64,000 nucleotides of DNA from a virus (Duplodnaviria > Caudoviricetes): the IMG/VR virus record IMGVR_UViG_3300025362_000477. The stretch is one strand, 5' to 3'. The translations under genes and the position numbers were made by a program. The notes below the pieces were generated by a model. The model worked only from the letters and a program-made list of their open reading frames with translations. It was not told the origin of the DNA and did no database searches. Positions 17,824-27,279 of this stretch are shown here, piece after piece (position 1 is the first letter of the stretch; each line of letters opens with the position of its first letter).

Positions 17824-18276
17824 TCATAATACAGAACCCTCTGATAAAGGTATCATAGTTTCTATCATCTTAATCATATTCTCAAAGTTATCATCAACCA
17901 ATATACAATGACATGATTTCGGGAAGTATTTGAAATATTGTTCACAGTCATCAAAATGAATGTCGAGACCCTGTCTCATTGCATATTTCCCTTTTGAACT
18001 ATCCCATACCTCATCCGGCAAATACCAATAACCATTCTTTCTAGTCATCTCAGTCCCAGCATTATAATGGAAATCAACGATTGAATAGAAGTGATTGAAT
18101 TTAACACCATGTTGAGTAACTAGTTCTTCAGCCTCTTTCTGAGTCTGTCCAGTTAGAATATAAACATGATGCCCAGCATCCAATAATGCTTTCGATAATC
18201 GAGTAAAGAATCCTGAATGACGCGTAATAACTCCATGATAATCCAATCCAACTCTCAATACTTTTTTATTTTCCAT
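17824..18276 (-). CDS. HAD-superfamily phosphatase-like protein
   Basis: VGLDYHGVI, YILTG, K, HFDD motifs. Confidence 0.7.
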   Translation of the reverse strand: MENKKVLRVGLDYHGVITRHSGFFTRLSKALLDAGHHVYILTGQTQKEAEELVTQHGVKFNHFYSIVDFHYNAGTEMTRKNGYWYLPDEVWDSSKGKYAMRQGLDIHFDDCEQYFKYFPKSCHCILVDDNFENMIKMIETMIPLSEGSVL

Positions 18277-18344
18277 AAGATAACTCCTCCATTTCTAAAA
18301 CTTTCTTCCAAGTCACAAGATCATGTAAACCCAATAACATAATG

Positions 18345-19409
18345 CTATTCGAATCGATCATACCAAAAACTCCACCTATCTGTAGGTGTACTATAAAATT
18401 GAATATTATTATTTCTTGTAGTGGTATATGAAGAAGTTGGTTCCCACATATTTTTCTTTTTTCTTTTAGCTATTTGTAATGATATGCCTTTACGAAGATT
18501 CGTTATTCTATAATGTTGTATTTGACCAGTCCTAAATGCAGTATTTGTCAAATAATTCATTACAATTCTTAATTTATCATTCGTAGTTCTATCCATATCA
18601 CCTAAATAACCGAACAATCGATCACAGCACCATTCCGGTCGACTCTTCCATTGTTTTAGAAGATTCTTCCTGACAAGTTGCCATTCATCATTATTCACCA
18701 AATCTTTCATTGCTTTTCTATCAACCATTGTCCACTTATCACTTTTAGTCTCTCGAATCAGATCTTCATCACTCTGAACGTAATCTTTCGGAACTTCTAA
18801 ATGATAATTTCCATCTGCTTGTCTATGATAAACATGTTCAGTATATCGAAACCCTGGATATTCAGAATCAGTATATGAACCAAAATAACTAGAATTAAAT
18901 CTACGATGTTCATGTATACACTCAGAAGTTTTCCATACTAAAGTATAACTTGCTTGTTGATCTTCTGATAATAACTGACCATCTAATGGACCACCAACAA
19001 ATCTAGGTTCTCTTGTTGTTGGAACTGCATATCGACGGAACATTTCATCTTCCATACCCCCAATAATAGTATTAGACATCTGATGGGCATGTAATCTTGC
19101 CCTCTGCAAATATTCATATTCACGTCTAGCTTCTTCTGAATCCGGCATACCTTCCATATCCATATAATATCGATTATTGTATTCAATAGTACATTCTCTA
19201 TTTTTTTGAACGGTCATATTATAATTATCTTCTCTTCTATTATTATATTCTATATTTGGTCCGGTCGTCAATACAGTATCATACATTGGTGATGATGTTC
19301 TGCTATCTGACAATATAGATAATTCATATAACATAGCTTTCATATGATCATCACAATCAGATGAATTAGTCGAAGATCGTAGATAATCCCCATAGTCTAT
19401 CATACTCAT
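18345..19409 (-). CDS. multi-domain phage hypothetical protein (FVGGPLDG motif; C-terminal W..VRK.L..QWK...NYLT...FR domain)
   Basis: ORF track, AGGAG RBS. Confidence 0.6.
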   Translation of the reverse strand: MSMIDYGDYLRSSTNSSDCDDHMKAMLYELSILSDSRTSSPMYDTVLTTGPNIEYNNRREDNYNMTVQKNRECTIEYNNRYYMDMEGMPDSEEARREYEYLQRARLHAHQMSNTIIGGMEDEMFRRYAVPTTREPRFVGGPLDGQLLSEDQQASYTLVWKTSECIHEHRRFNSSYFGSYTDSEYPGFRYTEHVYHRQADGNYHLEVPKDYVQSDEDLIRETKSDKWTMVDRKAMKDLVNNDEWQLVRKNLLKQWKSRPEWCCDRLFGYLGDMDRTTNDKLRIVMNYLTNTAFRTGQIQHYRITNLRKGISLQIAKRKKKNMWEPTSSYTTTRNNNIQFYSTPTDRWSFWYDRFE

Positions 19410-19430
19410 TAAAAACTCCTTTAATTTATA

Positions 19431-19516
19431 TGGCTCTAGTGACAGGATTCGAACCTGTAGTGCATTGCTGCGTCGGATTAACAGTCCGGTAGGGTTACCA
19501 ATTTTCTTACACTAGA
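19431..19516 (-). tRNA. trnN: tRNA-Asn(GTT) with long variable arm
   Basis: U1-A72, G73, loop CTGTTAA, variable arm GCA-GCAA-TGC, weak D stem, CCA. Confidence 0.85.
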
Positions 19517-19644
19517 TTATCAAAAGAATATAATCAATCCCTTCATACGCGCCACATTCTCTTCTCCGAATGAAAAAATACGCATGCCTCGATCACATCG
19601 GTTTTAATCTACACCACTTATGATTGATTATACAATAACATATT

Positions 19645-19977
19645 TTAGTCCCACAACCATTGATCTGAATTTTTAAATATTGGGATATTATCATAGTCTT
19701 CGTGAACCATGCATTTTTGAACTTTCGCACGTTCCAAGTGACGATTATCCTGCTTAAACCATTTTGGTGGTTTGTTGCGAGGTTTTCTATCTCGACCTTT
19801 ATTATGATAATGAGCCTTCAGTATCCATCCACAACATGGAATACACCAATTACCTCGAACTCTGGGTTTAAATTTCGCCCATTCATCTTTATAATATTCA
19901 TTAAATTCTTCATCCGCCCAAAATTTATCCTTGGCGTGATAATACCAATCTTCTATATTTCTATATGTTCTACTCAT
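19645..19977 (-). CDS. basic hypothetical protein (MSRTYR...PPKWF)
   Basis: ORF track, AGGAG RBS. Confidence 0.6.
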   Translation of the reverse strand: MSRTYRNIEDWYYHAKDKFWADEEFNEYYKDEWAKFKPRVRGNWCIPCCGWILKAHYHNKGRDRKPRNKPPKWFKQDNRHLERAKVQKCMVHEDYDNIPIFKNSDQWLWD

Positions 19978-20085
19978 ATTATGTCTCCTATTAGGTTAAG
20001 CCTAACTAGAAAACTTTCAACGACCATCTGTATACATTCATGTTATTTCTCCTACGGTTTGTATTTTATTCTATTTATTTTAAAA

Positions 20086-20307
20086 CTAATCTACTACTAC
20101 AAATAACTTAACAATCGGCTTATCTTCAATCTCATCTATACAAAGATCATCAACTTCACCAACATCATATAATATCCGTTTCAATCCGGAAATATCTTTA
20201 TGATCTAAAGTAATGGTTGATGATGCATTACCGTTCATGACACTTATACTTAACTGTTTAGTCTTCCAATCATGTTGTCTACTATACCGAAAATCGCATA
20301 ATGACAT
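20086..20307 (-). CDS. hypothetical protein
   Basis: ORF track. Confidence 0.5.
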   Translation of the reverse strand: MSLCDFRYSRQHDWKTKQLSISVMNGNASSTITLDHKDISGLKRILYDVGEVDDLCIDEIEDKPIVKLFVVVD

Positions 20308-20310
20308 AAT

Positions 20311-21369
20311 CTATCCTTTATAATAATCGTATTTAGTTGAAAGGTACTTCTTATAATTTAATGGACTAATTAATTTCAAACCCCTTAGATCCGAGCTAGA
20401 GATATGTTGATAAGTTAACCCACTTTGGAAATAAGCTATATTACATTCACCCATCTCCTCCATAAAACGTCTCAGGTTAGCTTCATATCGAAGGTCATAA
20501 CCATCACGCAGACCCCGAACCAAAGTAACATCAGCATACTCATTAACCTCTTTTAGATAGTCAGTTGTCAACCCCTCATGGAATACTATTTCATGAAATG
20601 GGAGTGAGCGTCTCAATTCATCGTCCCATTGAGTATCTTCTGCTTTATCTGGATTCTTAGCAGCCAATATTATAACTTTATCAAATATCCTCTCAGCTTG
20701 TTCAAGGATATTCAAATGACCAATATGGAATGGTTTAAATGAACCAGCATAAACACCAATCTTTGGACGATATGTTTTCAATGCTTCTCTATACTGAATC
20801 AAGTTATCAACGCCTGCATTAGACGGGGTATTTTTAATAGCTTCAGTTATGAAATCAACTCGTGCCTGAACGAATGATGGATATGATACATACTGATATT
20901 CCTTCATTATTTTCATACCATTACTAATTAAAGCATGAGTAGGAAGACGAAACATGATATCAAAATCAAACCCTCTGAATATCATAGACATATCAGAAGA
21001 AGGATCTTTTAATGGGAAGTTATATTCTGTATCCATAATCGCATCATATATCCTGATACATTCTTCACATTCCCGCTTCGATTCATCAACATGTTTTATG
21101 AAATATTTTGCTGATTCCTCTTCATTAATTGTAGAATGAGGATCATATATCACATCATGGAATATAGCAACTAGATCCAACTCATCCCTCATCACTTTAT
21201 CTTTAATCACATCAATTGATTTAATAAGAGATTTTAGATGAGTTATATCATGGTAATATCTATGATGCTCATACCATTTACGTAAACAATCATCTATGAT
21301 ACCCATTGGGATATTCAGTTCTTGTCTAACTTCATTATCTTTAAATCTTTGAAATAATATAATACTCAT
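20311..21369 (-). CDS. coaD: HD-type phosphohydrolase fused to phosphopantetheine adenylyltransferase (CoaD)-like domain
   Basis: N: HRYYHDITHL...FHDVIYDP...NEEES; C: YAGSFKPFHIGH...LVRGLR. Confidence 0.8.
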   Translation of the reverse strand: MSIILFQRFKDNEVRQELNIPMGIIDDCLRKWYEHHRYYHDITHLKSLIKSIDVIKDKVMRDELDLVAIFHDVIYDPHSTINEEESAKYFIKHVDESKRECEECIRIYDAIMDTEYNFPLKDPSSDMSMIFRGFDFDIMFRLPTHALISNGMKIMKEYQYVSYPSFVQARVDFITEAIKNTPSNAGVDNLIQYREALKTYRPKIGVYAGSFKPFHIGHLNILEQAERIFDKVIILAAKNPDKAEDTQWDDELRRSLPFHEIVFHEGLTTDYLKEVNEYADVTLVRGLRDGYDLRYEANLRRFMEEMGECNIAYFQSGLTYQHISSSDLRGLKLISPLNYKKYLSTKYDYYKG

Positions 21370-21371
21370 AT

Positions 21372-21554
21372 TTATCTCCTATAGTTTTCAGATGAGAATT
21401 GTGATGTATCTGTTACGACCTCTGTACTTGATGTGAATTGCTTCCACATATTCTCGATTAATTGGGGACCTTTAAAAATAAAGAATGCCGCAATAACCAT
21501 AATTATAATTAATCGTCTGCGTTTCTGTCTTCGAGCATTCCTGAGATCAAACAT
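21372..21554 (-). CDS. small single-pass membrane protein
   Basis: Basic N-terminus plus hydrophobic stretch. Confidence 0.5.
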   Translation of the reverse strand: MFDLRNARRQKRRRLIIIMVIAAFFIFKGPQLIENMWKQFTSSTEVVTDTSQFSSENYRR

Positions 21555-22125
21555 TTTTAATCCTTTCTGCCATTACAAACCGAATCATTTTTATAACTAC
21601 TAATGCATCAGCCATTGCAGTATGAGCAACTTGACCAGTTATTCCGCAGCGTCTCATACACTCTTTTGAGTCAGGCAAGTCTGGATCATCTGGTCTCATG
21701 AGCATTGAAGCTGGATCAATGAAACGATGACCTAGATCAATCCCATAATCACCAAGATCAGTATACCTTAGGAATTGAAGGTCAAACGCCCCAAAATTCT
21801 TACCAGCACATTGAAGTGCCTTCTTGCTTGTTGAGTAACCATTATCTTCTAAAAAGAGATTGAAATCCTCTCCAAACTCACCATCTTCACAATATACATA
21901 ACCTAGAGTCCTTTCATGGATCCTTCTGAAAATCTCACCATGTAGCGATAATGCATATGGTTCACCTTCATAAGTATTCTTTACATTGTAACAATGATAA
22001 CGTGGAAGGTTATTAACATGAACTTCCGGGTGTTCAGTATCATCAATGATTGCTGCGAATTCTAATAAGTCGCATCTTTGTACATCCAGTCCAGTTGTCT
22101 CTATATCTATTGATAAGTATTTCAT
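21547..22125 (-). CDS. DEDDh 3'-5' exonuclease (oligoribonuclease/DnaQ-like)
   Basis: SIDIETTG, GKNFGAFD, HTAMAD. Confidence 0.85.
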   Translation of the reverse strand: MKYLSIDIETTGLDVQRCDLLEFAAIIDDTEHPEVHVNNLPRYHCYNVKNTYEGEPYALSLHGEIFRRIHERTLGYVYCEDGEFGEDFNLFLEDNGYSTSKKALQCAGKNFGAFDLQFLRYTDLGDYGIDLGHRFIDPASMLMRPDDPDLPDSKECMRRCGITGQVAHTAMADALVVIKMIRFVMAERIKNV

Positions 22126-22331
22126 GTTAATCTCCTATGATTCAGTTCTTTAAGTGGTTACATTTAATACATCTTTTTACGATGCATGGATGATTCTTAT
22201 ATCCAATATCAATTCTTTGTCTATGCCAATGGATTCCGATCTTACACCAAAATGATTTCTTTACTTGGCATTCTAATTGATCTGTTCCATCAGGGTTCTT
22301 ATATCCAGTTTTAGCCATAATTTAATTTCCT

Positions 22332-22625
22332 TTAATCAAAGAACATATTTTTAAGAAAGATGAAACCAATACTAACCGAAATTATTGATCCCCATGGAAA
22401 ACCATTTTCATCCTTATCTTTCTCTGGTTGATTATGATTGATTTTCAAATCATTATTAGATGATAACGCATTCAACCAATCAAGTTTATTCTTGATTTTA
22501 CATATAAAATCAGCATTCTCTTTGGTTACTGGAACAATCATAAGTGTTTCTATCAAAAACTTTTTATAATTCTTGATATACATATCACCCTTCATATTAG
22601 GAACACCATAAGTGATCGCTTCCAT
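22332..22625 (-). CDS. hypothetical protein
   Basis: ORF track. Confidence 0.45.
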   Translation of the reverse strand: MEAITYGVPNMKGDMYIKNYKKFLIETLMIVPVTKENADFICKIKNKLDWLNALSSNNDLKINHNQPEKDKDENGFPWGSIISVSIGFIFLKNMFFD

Positions 22626-22765
22626 TATTATCTGAGCTGCATCTTCATTAATAATATGAAACTGAGAGATTACTTATATCCCCCACTTCTGATGATGATA
22701 GAAAAGAAGAAATACTGAATATGCTCAATATCACTAATAATATACCTAACGGTATCATTATTTTT

Positions 22766-23026
22766 TTATGTTTCTTTAGGAACTGTTTCATTCTTATCCT
22801 CCTTAAATGCTGATAATGGTAATCTATATGCTTCTTTATTCCATTGTCTCGGGCATACCCAATTAGGTACCCATCTACATGCGTCCTGACTATACCATTC
22901 AACTTTTTGCCATAAGTCATATTGACACATAACTGCAGTTACTTCTTCTGACATATCTCTAAATTGCACCTTGTCTTCATTTAAAAATTCTAATATCAAG
23001 TCCGGTTTAAATTTGTCATTCATTAT
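22766..23026 (-). CDS. hypothetical protein (start revised to MNDKFKP)
   Basis: ORF track, AGGAG RBS. Confidence 0.5.
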   Translation of the reverse strand: MMNDKFKPDLILEFLNEDKVQFRDMSEEVTAVMCQYDLWQKVEWYSQDACRWVPNWVCPRQWNKEAYRLPLSAFKEDKNETVPKET

Positions 23027-23048
23027 GAATCTCCTTTTGACGTGTAAT

Positions 23049-23078
23049 AAGCACACCTATCAAAAGATAGATGTGCTT
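23049..23078 (-). terminator. hairpin 3' of tRNA-CAT
   Basis: AAGCACA-T-CTATC/GATAG-G-TGTGCTT inverted repeat. Confidence 0.5.
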
Positions 23079-23083
23079 TAAAA

Positions 23084-23159
23084 TGGTGGGCCCGGACGGG
23101 ATCGAACCGCCGATACACAAATTATGAGTTTGTCGCCGTAACCACTTGGCCACGGGCCC
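23084..23159 (-). tRNA. tRNA-Met/Ile2(CAT)
   Basis: Loop CTCATAA, G1-C72, A73, CCA; acceptor resembles Ile2. Confidence 0.9.
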
Positions 23160-23166
23160 ATTTTAA

Positions 23167-23637
23167 TTATATTCCGTTTTTATCTAAAATCTCTTTTATT
23201 TGTTTTAATGCTAATAAAGAAGAATCAACAATAGTAACACATTTAGATAAACTACCATAATGATGCTCTAAACAATCAAGTAAAAGTTCTTTAATCAAGG
23301 ATTCATCTGGTCTATTTTGTAGTTTAGATTCAACATACATTTTCTCAAGTGCAGTCTCTTTTTCCTCAAACCATGATCGAATATCTTTCTCAGTCCATTC
23401 TCCCCGACGTATAGATTTCAATTGCTCTCTGTTTTGAGTGATATCTAAATCACCATTAACAAGAATTTGCTCAACTTCATTAATCAATCGGACGATATGA
23501 TATGCGAATTTACAATCGAGTCCATGATCATGGATTGATTGTGTTCTCTTACTATGATCCAACATAGTTTTATATAATGAATGATATTCTAATAATTGTT
23601 CATCGCTAAGATGTGATAAGTTTAAAATTTGAGTCAT
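23167..23637 (-). CDS. Pol-beta-type nucleotidyltransferase (Nuc-transf/RlaP-like), C-terminal part
   Basis: DCKFAYHIVRL..EVEQIL..GDL....REQLKSIRRGEW; probable start MTQ at 23637. Confidence 0.8.
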   Translation of the reverse strand: MTQILNLSHLSDEQLLEYHSLYKTMLDHSKRTQSIHDHGLDCKFAYHIVRLINEVEQILVNGDLDITQNREQLKSIRRGEWTEKDIRSWFEEKETALEKMYVESKLQNRPDESLIKELLLDCLEHHYGSLSKCVTIVDSSLLALKQIKEILDKNGI

Positions 23638-24541
23638 AATTTTTTCCATTATTAAAAGATTTAAATATTTTATTAATAATATTAATTCGTTCCGGAATTT
23701 CAATTTCAGGATCACTAAGAATACCAAATAATAAATTATTTTGTACACAATATTTCTTATAAGCTGATAGTTTCATTTTAGAATCAATCAATTTACAAAT
23801 CCCTAACGGTTTGACTTCTAATATTGCTACGTAACCACTTTGAAATTCAACAAAGAAATCTATTCTAGTATACCGAACCATATTCTTAACATGATCATAA
23901 AAAGGGATGGTAAAAGGTTCCAGTTGAAATTTCACTACTAATGAATTTGAATCTAATAATTTAGCTACAATCTTTTCCCATGAACTCCTGCAATATATTT
24001 TTCCGGCCTTTATCGTTTCTATGAAACCACAATCATAATTTTTATGGACCGAATTATTTTTTAATTTATCAGTCCCGGCCATCGATTTACTTAATTTCTC
24101 AGCAAATTTCTTTCTCCAAGTTTTATCACGACCCATCCATAATTTAAAACATCTATCAGAATGAGCCTTTCTATTATCATCCGATGATAAAATAGATTGT
24201 CTAAATGGATTTCTATCTCCAGTAAAATCTGCATGATTTTTAGACATTTGTTTTTTTGTCTTATCAGAGTGTGATCTTCCCCAAAATGGATTATCTTCAC
24301 CAATAAATTTACCCTTCATTAATAGTTTTTGCCTATCCGTCCATTTGCATCCTTTTTTTCTACCAGCTTTGTTTTTACCCGATTTATATGAGAATCTCGG
24401 TGGAATTTCTAAATTATATCTTTTAGATAATTCTAGGATCTTTCGTTTTTTACAATCATATATAATAGAAATATTCTCAGCTGATAATCCTTCATCTATA
24501 TACTGTTTTAATTCATCGCTTGATAATATAAATGTACTCAT
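23606..24541 (-). CDS. putative homing endonuclease (NUMOD3 repeats + TnsA-like PD-(D/E)XK)
   Basis: HSDKTKKQMS NUMOD3-like motifs; RSSWE...EPF.IP...IDF...EVKP. Confidence 0.8.
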   Translation of the reverse strand: MSTFILSSDELKQYIDEGLSAENISIIYDCKKRKILELSKRYNLEIPPRFSYKSGKNKAGRKKGCKWTDRQKLLMKGKFIGEDNPFWGRSHSDKTKKQMSKNHADFTGDRNPFRQSILSSDDNRKAHSDRCFKLWMGRDKTWRKKFAEKLSKSMAGTDKLKNNSVHKNYDCGFIETIKAGKIYCRSSWEKIVAKLLDSNSLVVKFQLEPFTIPFYDHVKNMVRYTRIDFFVEFQSGYVAILEVKPLGICKLIDSKMKLSAYKKYCVQNNLLFGILSDPEIEIPERINIINKIFKSFNNGKNYDSNFKLITS

Positions 24542-24590
24542 ACTTCATCCTTTTAATTTATTCCAATGAAGAAGCATAACCTTTGAATTA

Positions 24591-25202
24591 TTATAATTTT
24601 CTCTTCTTCAGTTCTTGTTCAATATCTAATAACTGAACATTGGATGATATGTTATGTAAAAATTCAAATTTTTTAACTGGTTCCACATGTGGGTGATATT
24701 TGGTTTTTATTTTATGCAAAGTAGAATAAGCATAACCTTTAAATTTATTCCAACATCCTTTGTGAAGAAATATCTTCCGACGTCCTCTCACCATATTACC
24801 AACTTCGGTTATATGAAGAATTGCTCTGAGTGGAGTGAATAAAGAATCAATCATATTTGGGTTATTTTCCATACATAATTGAAAGTACTTCACTATATTA
24901 TAAATTGCTACATCAATCTCTTGACCTTTACCACCTCTCAAAGTAGGATCTATAATATGGTGTTGCTGATATTGATCAAATCTTTTAATCTGACTTCCGA
25001 ATCCACCAATAACACCATCCAAGTGTGGAAAAATTACATCCTTTGGTGGGATACAGAATCCATAGATATCAAGATCAGCAGTATCACTTGATACTCCATA
25101 AGCAACACTACCCATCATCGTCTCATATTGAATATTAGTTGCTAAGAATTTAGGTGGAGTTATTAACTTCTGTTGAATGAGCCTTGATGTTATACATGCC
25201 AT
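24591..25202 (-). CDS. Pol-beta-type nucleotidyltransferase (Nuc-transf/RlaP-like), N-terminal part
   Basis: GSVAYG.S..T.D.D..G, NPN.IDSLF, FKGYAYS. Confidence 0.85.
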   Translation of the reverse strand: MACITSRLIQQKLITPPKFLATNIQYETMMGSVAYGVSSDTADLDIYGFCIPPKDVIFPHLDGVIGGFGSQIKRFDQYQQHHIIDPTLRGGKGQEIDVAIYNIVKYFQLCMENNPNMIDSLFTPLRAILHITEVGNMVRGRRKIFLHKGCWNKFKGYAYSTLHKIKTKYHPHVEPVKKFEFLHNISSNVQLLDIEQELKKRKL

Positions 25203-25361
25203 TACAACACCTCCTCAACCTTTCCGAGAGCAAAATTTACTCCTGCTAGAAAGGCACCATCCCATATATTAGCATCAGTCCAATTAGGGAATAATCCATC
25301 ATCAAAATCACGACTTTCAACAGAAGTTGCCATAATCTCTTTTTCAGTTATATTTAATTTA

Positions 25362-25799
25362 TTATTGATCAGTACCATCTTCTACCCTCTTTATTTGATC
25401 CAGACAAGATCTCACAACATCATCTGAATATCCAGTTGTTAAATTTATATGTATTACTATTTGATCGAAAGATAATCCCTCATCCCTCAATGTATAAATT
25501 GTCCTATACACTTCTGAATCATATAACAATTTTTCCATGTTAGATGGTCTTTTACATATAGGACAGTTCACCCCAACTGTCCAAGATGCACTGCTTCCAT
25601 CTTTTAATTGTTTGTGAACTCTCCCAGCAAGCCATGAATGTCCATTTATACATGTTCTTATAGTTGGATAATTCCACTTCAATCCCTCATTCATATTCTC
25701 ATTCGCAAATATGTTTATAGCTTTAACAATATGATTATCAGTTTCTTTTTCTTCTTTTTTTTCCTTTATCTTTTCTAAAAGATAATTTATCAAACCCAT
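25362..25799 (-). CDS. hypothetical protein with CxxC/zinc ribbon and C-terminal HTH-like segment
   Basis: ORF track. Confidence 0.5.
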   Translation of the reverse strand: MGLINYLLEKIKEKKEEKETDNHIVKAINIFANENMNEGLKWNYPTIRTCINGHSWLAGRVHKQLKDGSSASWTVGVNCPICKRPSNMEKLLYDSEVYRTIYTLRDEGLSFDQIVIHINLTTGYSDDVVRSCLDQIKRVEDGTDQ

Positions 25800-26469
25800 G
25801 AGTTTCCGCCTTTAGTACATCTGAGATTGGAATGTCTATTCGATCAGGTCTGACTAAATCATTAGTCAAAAACTGTTCGATAATTTGAAAGCATGTAAAA
25901 GTATCAAATATTTTGAAGAAACTTAATTCTTTTAAATTGGGATATGCTTCAATCATATCACAACAATATTCGGGATCCTTATGAATTCTGAAATATGCAA
26001 CATTATCATCTTGAAAAATATTTAGTATTTTAGAATCAGTTAGAATACTAGGATCATCTTTAGTGAACCATGAGTATCCAGACTTGCCATATTTCAACCA
26101 ATTCTTAATTGGTTCCCCTTCATTCCCAGAAGTAAATCTAAACCGAGAATCAACAACTTTATCAAATTGAATGTGTTTCTGAACATCTTCCCATTCATAT
26201 AAATATATATCAGGTATCATAGTATAACCCATACATGATTCTTGAGTAGTTGATATTTTGACACATGGATATAATTTCCCACAGAAACCAATTAATTCAC
26301 CAGTTACATATATTCTATTTCTCTTAGTTTCAAAATCCATTTTACGTAGAATCCTACAATCAATCTTACGAATTGCCTTTGTATGTCTTACAAATGTATA
26401 TGATTTATCATGACCAGTAGTTTTAGTAACTCCGTCATAATAATCGTGAAACTTACTGATAAGTCTCAT
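25738..26469 (-). CDS. conserved phage hypothetical protein (MRLISKFHDYYD...HGFDK.SFRK)
   Basis: ORF track; start revised. Confidence 0.6.
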   Translation of the reverse strand: MRLISKFHDYYDGVTKTTGHDKSYTFVRHTKAIRKIDCRILRKMDFETKRNRIYVTGELIGFCGKLYPCVKISTTQESCMGYTMIPDIYLYEWEDVQKHIQFDKVVDSRFRFTSGNEGEPIKNWLKYGKSGYSWFTKDDPSILTDSKILNIFQDDNVAYFRIHKDPEYCCDMIEAYPNLKELSFFKIFDTFTCFQIIEQFLTNDLVRPDRIDIPISDVLKAETHGFDKLSFRKDKGKKRRKRN

Positions 26470-26599
26470 CTTCAGCTCCTTTTTTAACTGCCCATTTCCA
26501 GGCAACCCAAAATATAATACCACACACCCATATGAACGGTAGAATATCATTAAACCAGTATTCTAATAATTTCATGGCAATCTCCTTAGATTGGTACTA

Positions 26600-26878
26600 T
26601 CATATATCGCATGAAATTATTGCCTTCTCAAAATCCAGATAATCTTCTATCATATGAACACCTTTTTTCTGATTATTTTTTGGTGGGTTTTTTCTAAAAG
26701 TTACTACTCCACGATCAGAAACTTCTCGTTTTGAAATATACATAATGGTATTTGTATTTAATACTACAATCGCAAAAACATCAACATGTTTATCATCATA
26801 TCGTTTTTCATAATTATTAGGTCCCCTATTATAAGCACAGAGACATACTATTCCATCTATCTCATTCGTAGTTTTAAT
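26600..26878 (-). pseudogene. PD-(D/E)XK homing-endonuclease remnant
   Basis: Start-less 92-codon frame ...IKT...YDDKHVDVFAIV...PKNNQKKG...EDY; TAA where a QxK Gln would be expected. Confidence 0.5.
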
Positions 26879-26908
26879 TTATTCTAGAGTAATACACATT
26901 ATATGCAA

Positions 26909-26984
26909 TGGTACACCCAGAGGGACTCAAACCCTCAATTCCTGTCTTAAAAGGACAGTACTCTATCAATTAAGTTATGGGTGC
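26909..26984 (-). tRNA. trnK: tRNA-Lys(TTT)
   Basis: Loop CTTTTAA, CCA. Confidence 0.9.
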
Positions 26985-26998
26985 TTCTTCAACGGGAC

Positions 26999-27187
26999 TT
27001 AGTGATGATGTTTATAATTACCAGTACTAACTTCTTCACATACTTTCCATATAGAATTATGTATTAAGTCTTCCTGTCTGGCAGATAAAACTATATTAAA
27101 TTCCTTAAGTCGTTTACCAACCAAATTATCTAGATCGCAGGTGATGTCTCTAACATCTTCCATATTGAAAACTGGATATTCTGACAT
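26999..27187 (-). CDS. 62-aa hypothetical protein
   Basis: ORF track; start revised to MSEYP, AGGAG RBS. Confidence 0.55.
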   Translation of the reverse strand: MSEYPVFNMEDVRDITCDLDNLVGKRLKEFNIVLSARQEDLIHNSIWKVCEEVSTGNYKHHH

Positions 27188-27211
27188 GACTCTTCTCCTA
27201 TTATAAAAGCA

Positions 27212-27238
27212 TGGGTGGTCAACTAAGTTGACCACCCA
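27212..27238 (-). terminator. perfect 12-bp hairpin
   Basis: TGGGTGGTCAAC-TTA-GTTGACCACCCA followed by TGCTTTT. Confidence 0.65.
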
Positions 27239-27279
27239 ATAATGTTCTGTTCTACACATGGTAGCTGAACTTATGAAAA

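Noticed and set aside
23606-24590. Group I intron carrying the endonuclease in the nucleotidyltransferase
   Set aside because: No room for, or sequence resembling, P3-P7 core elements; both halves have their own stop or start
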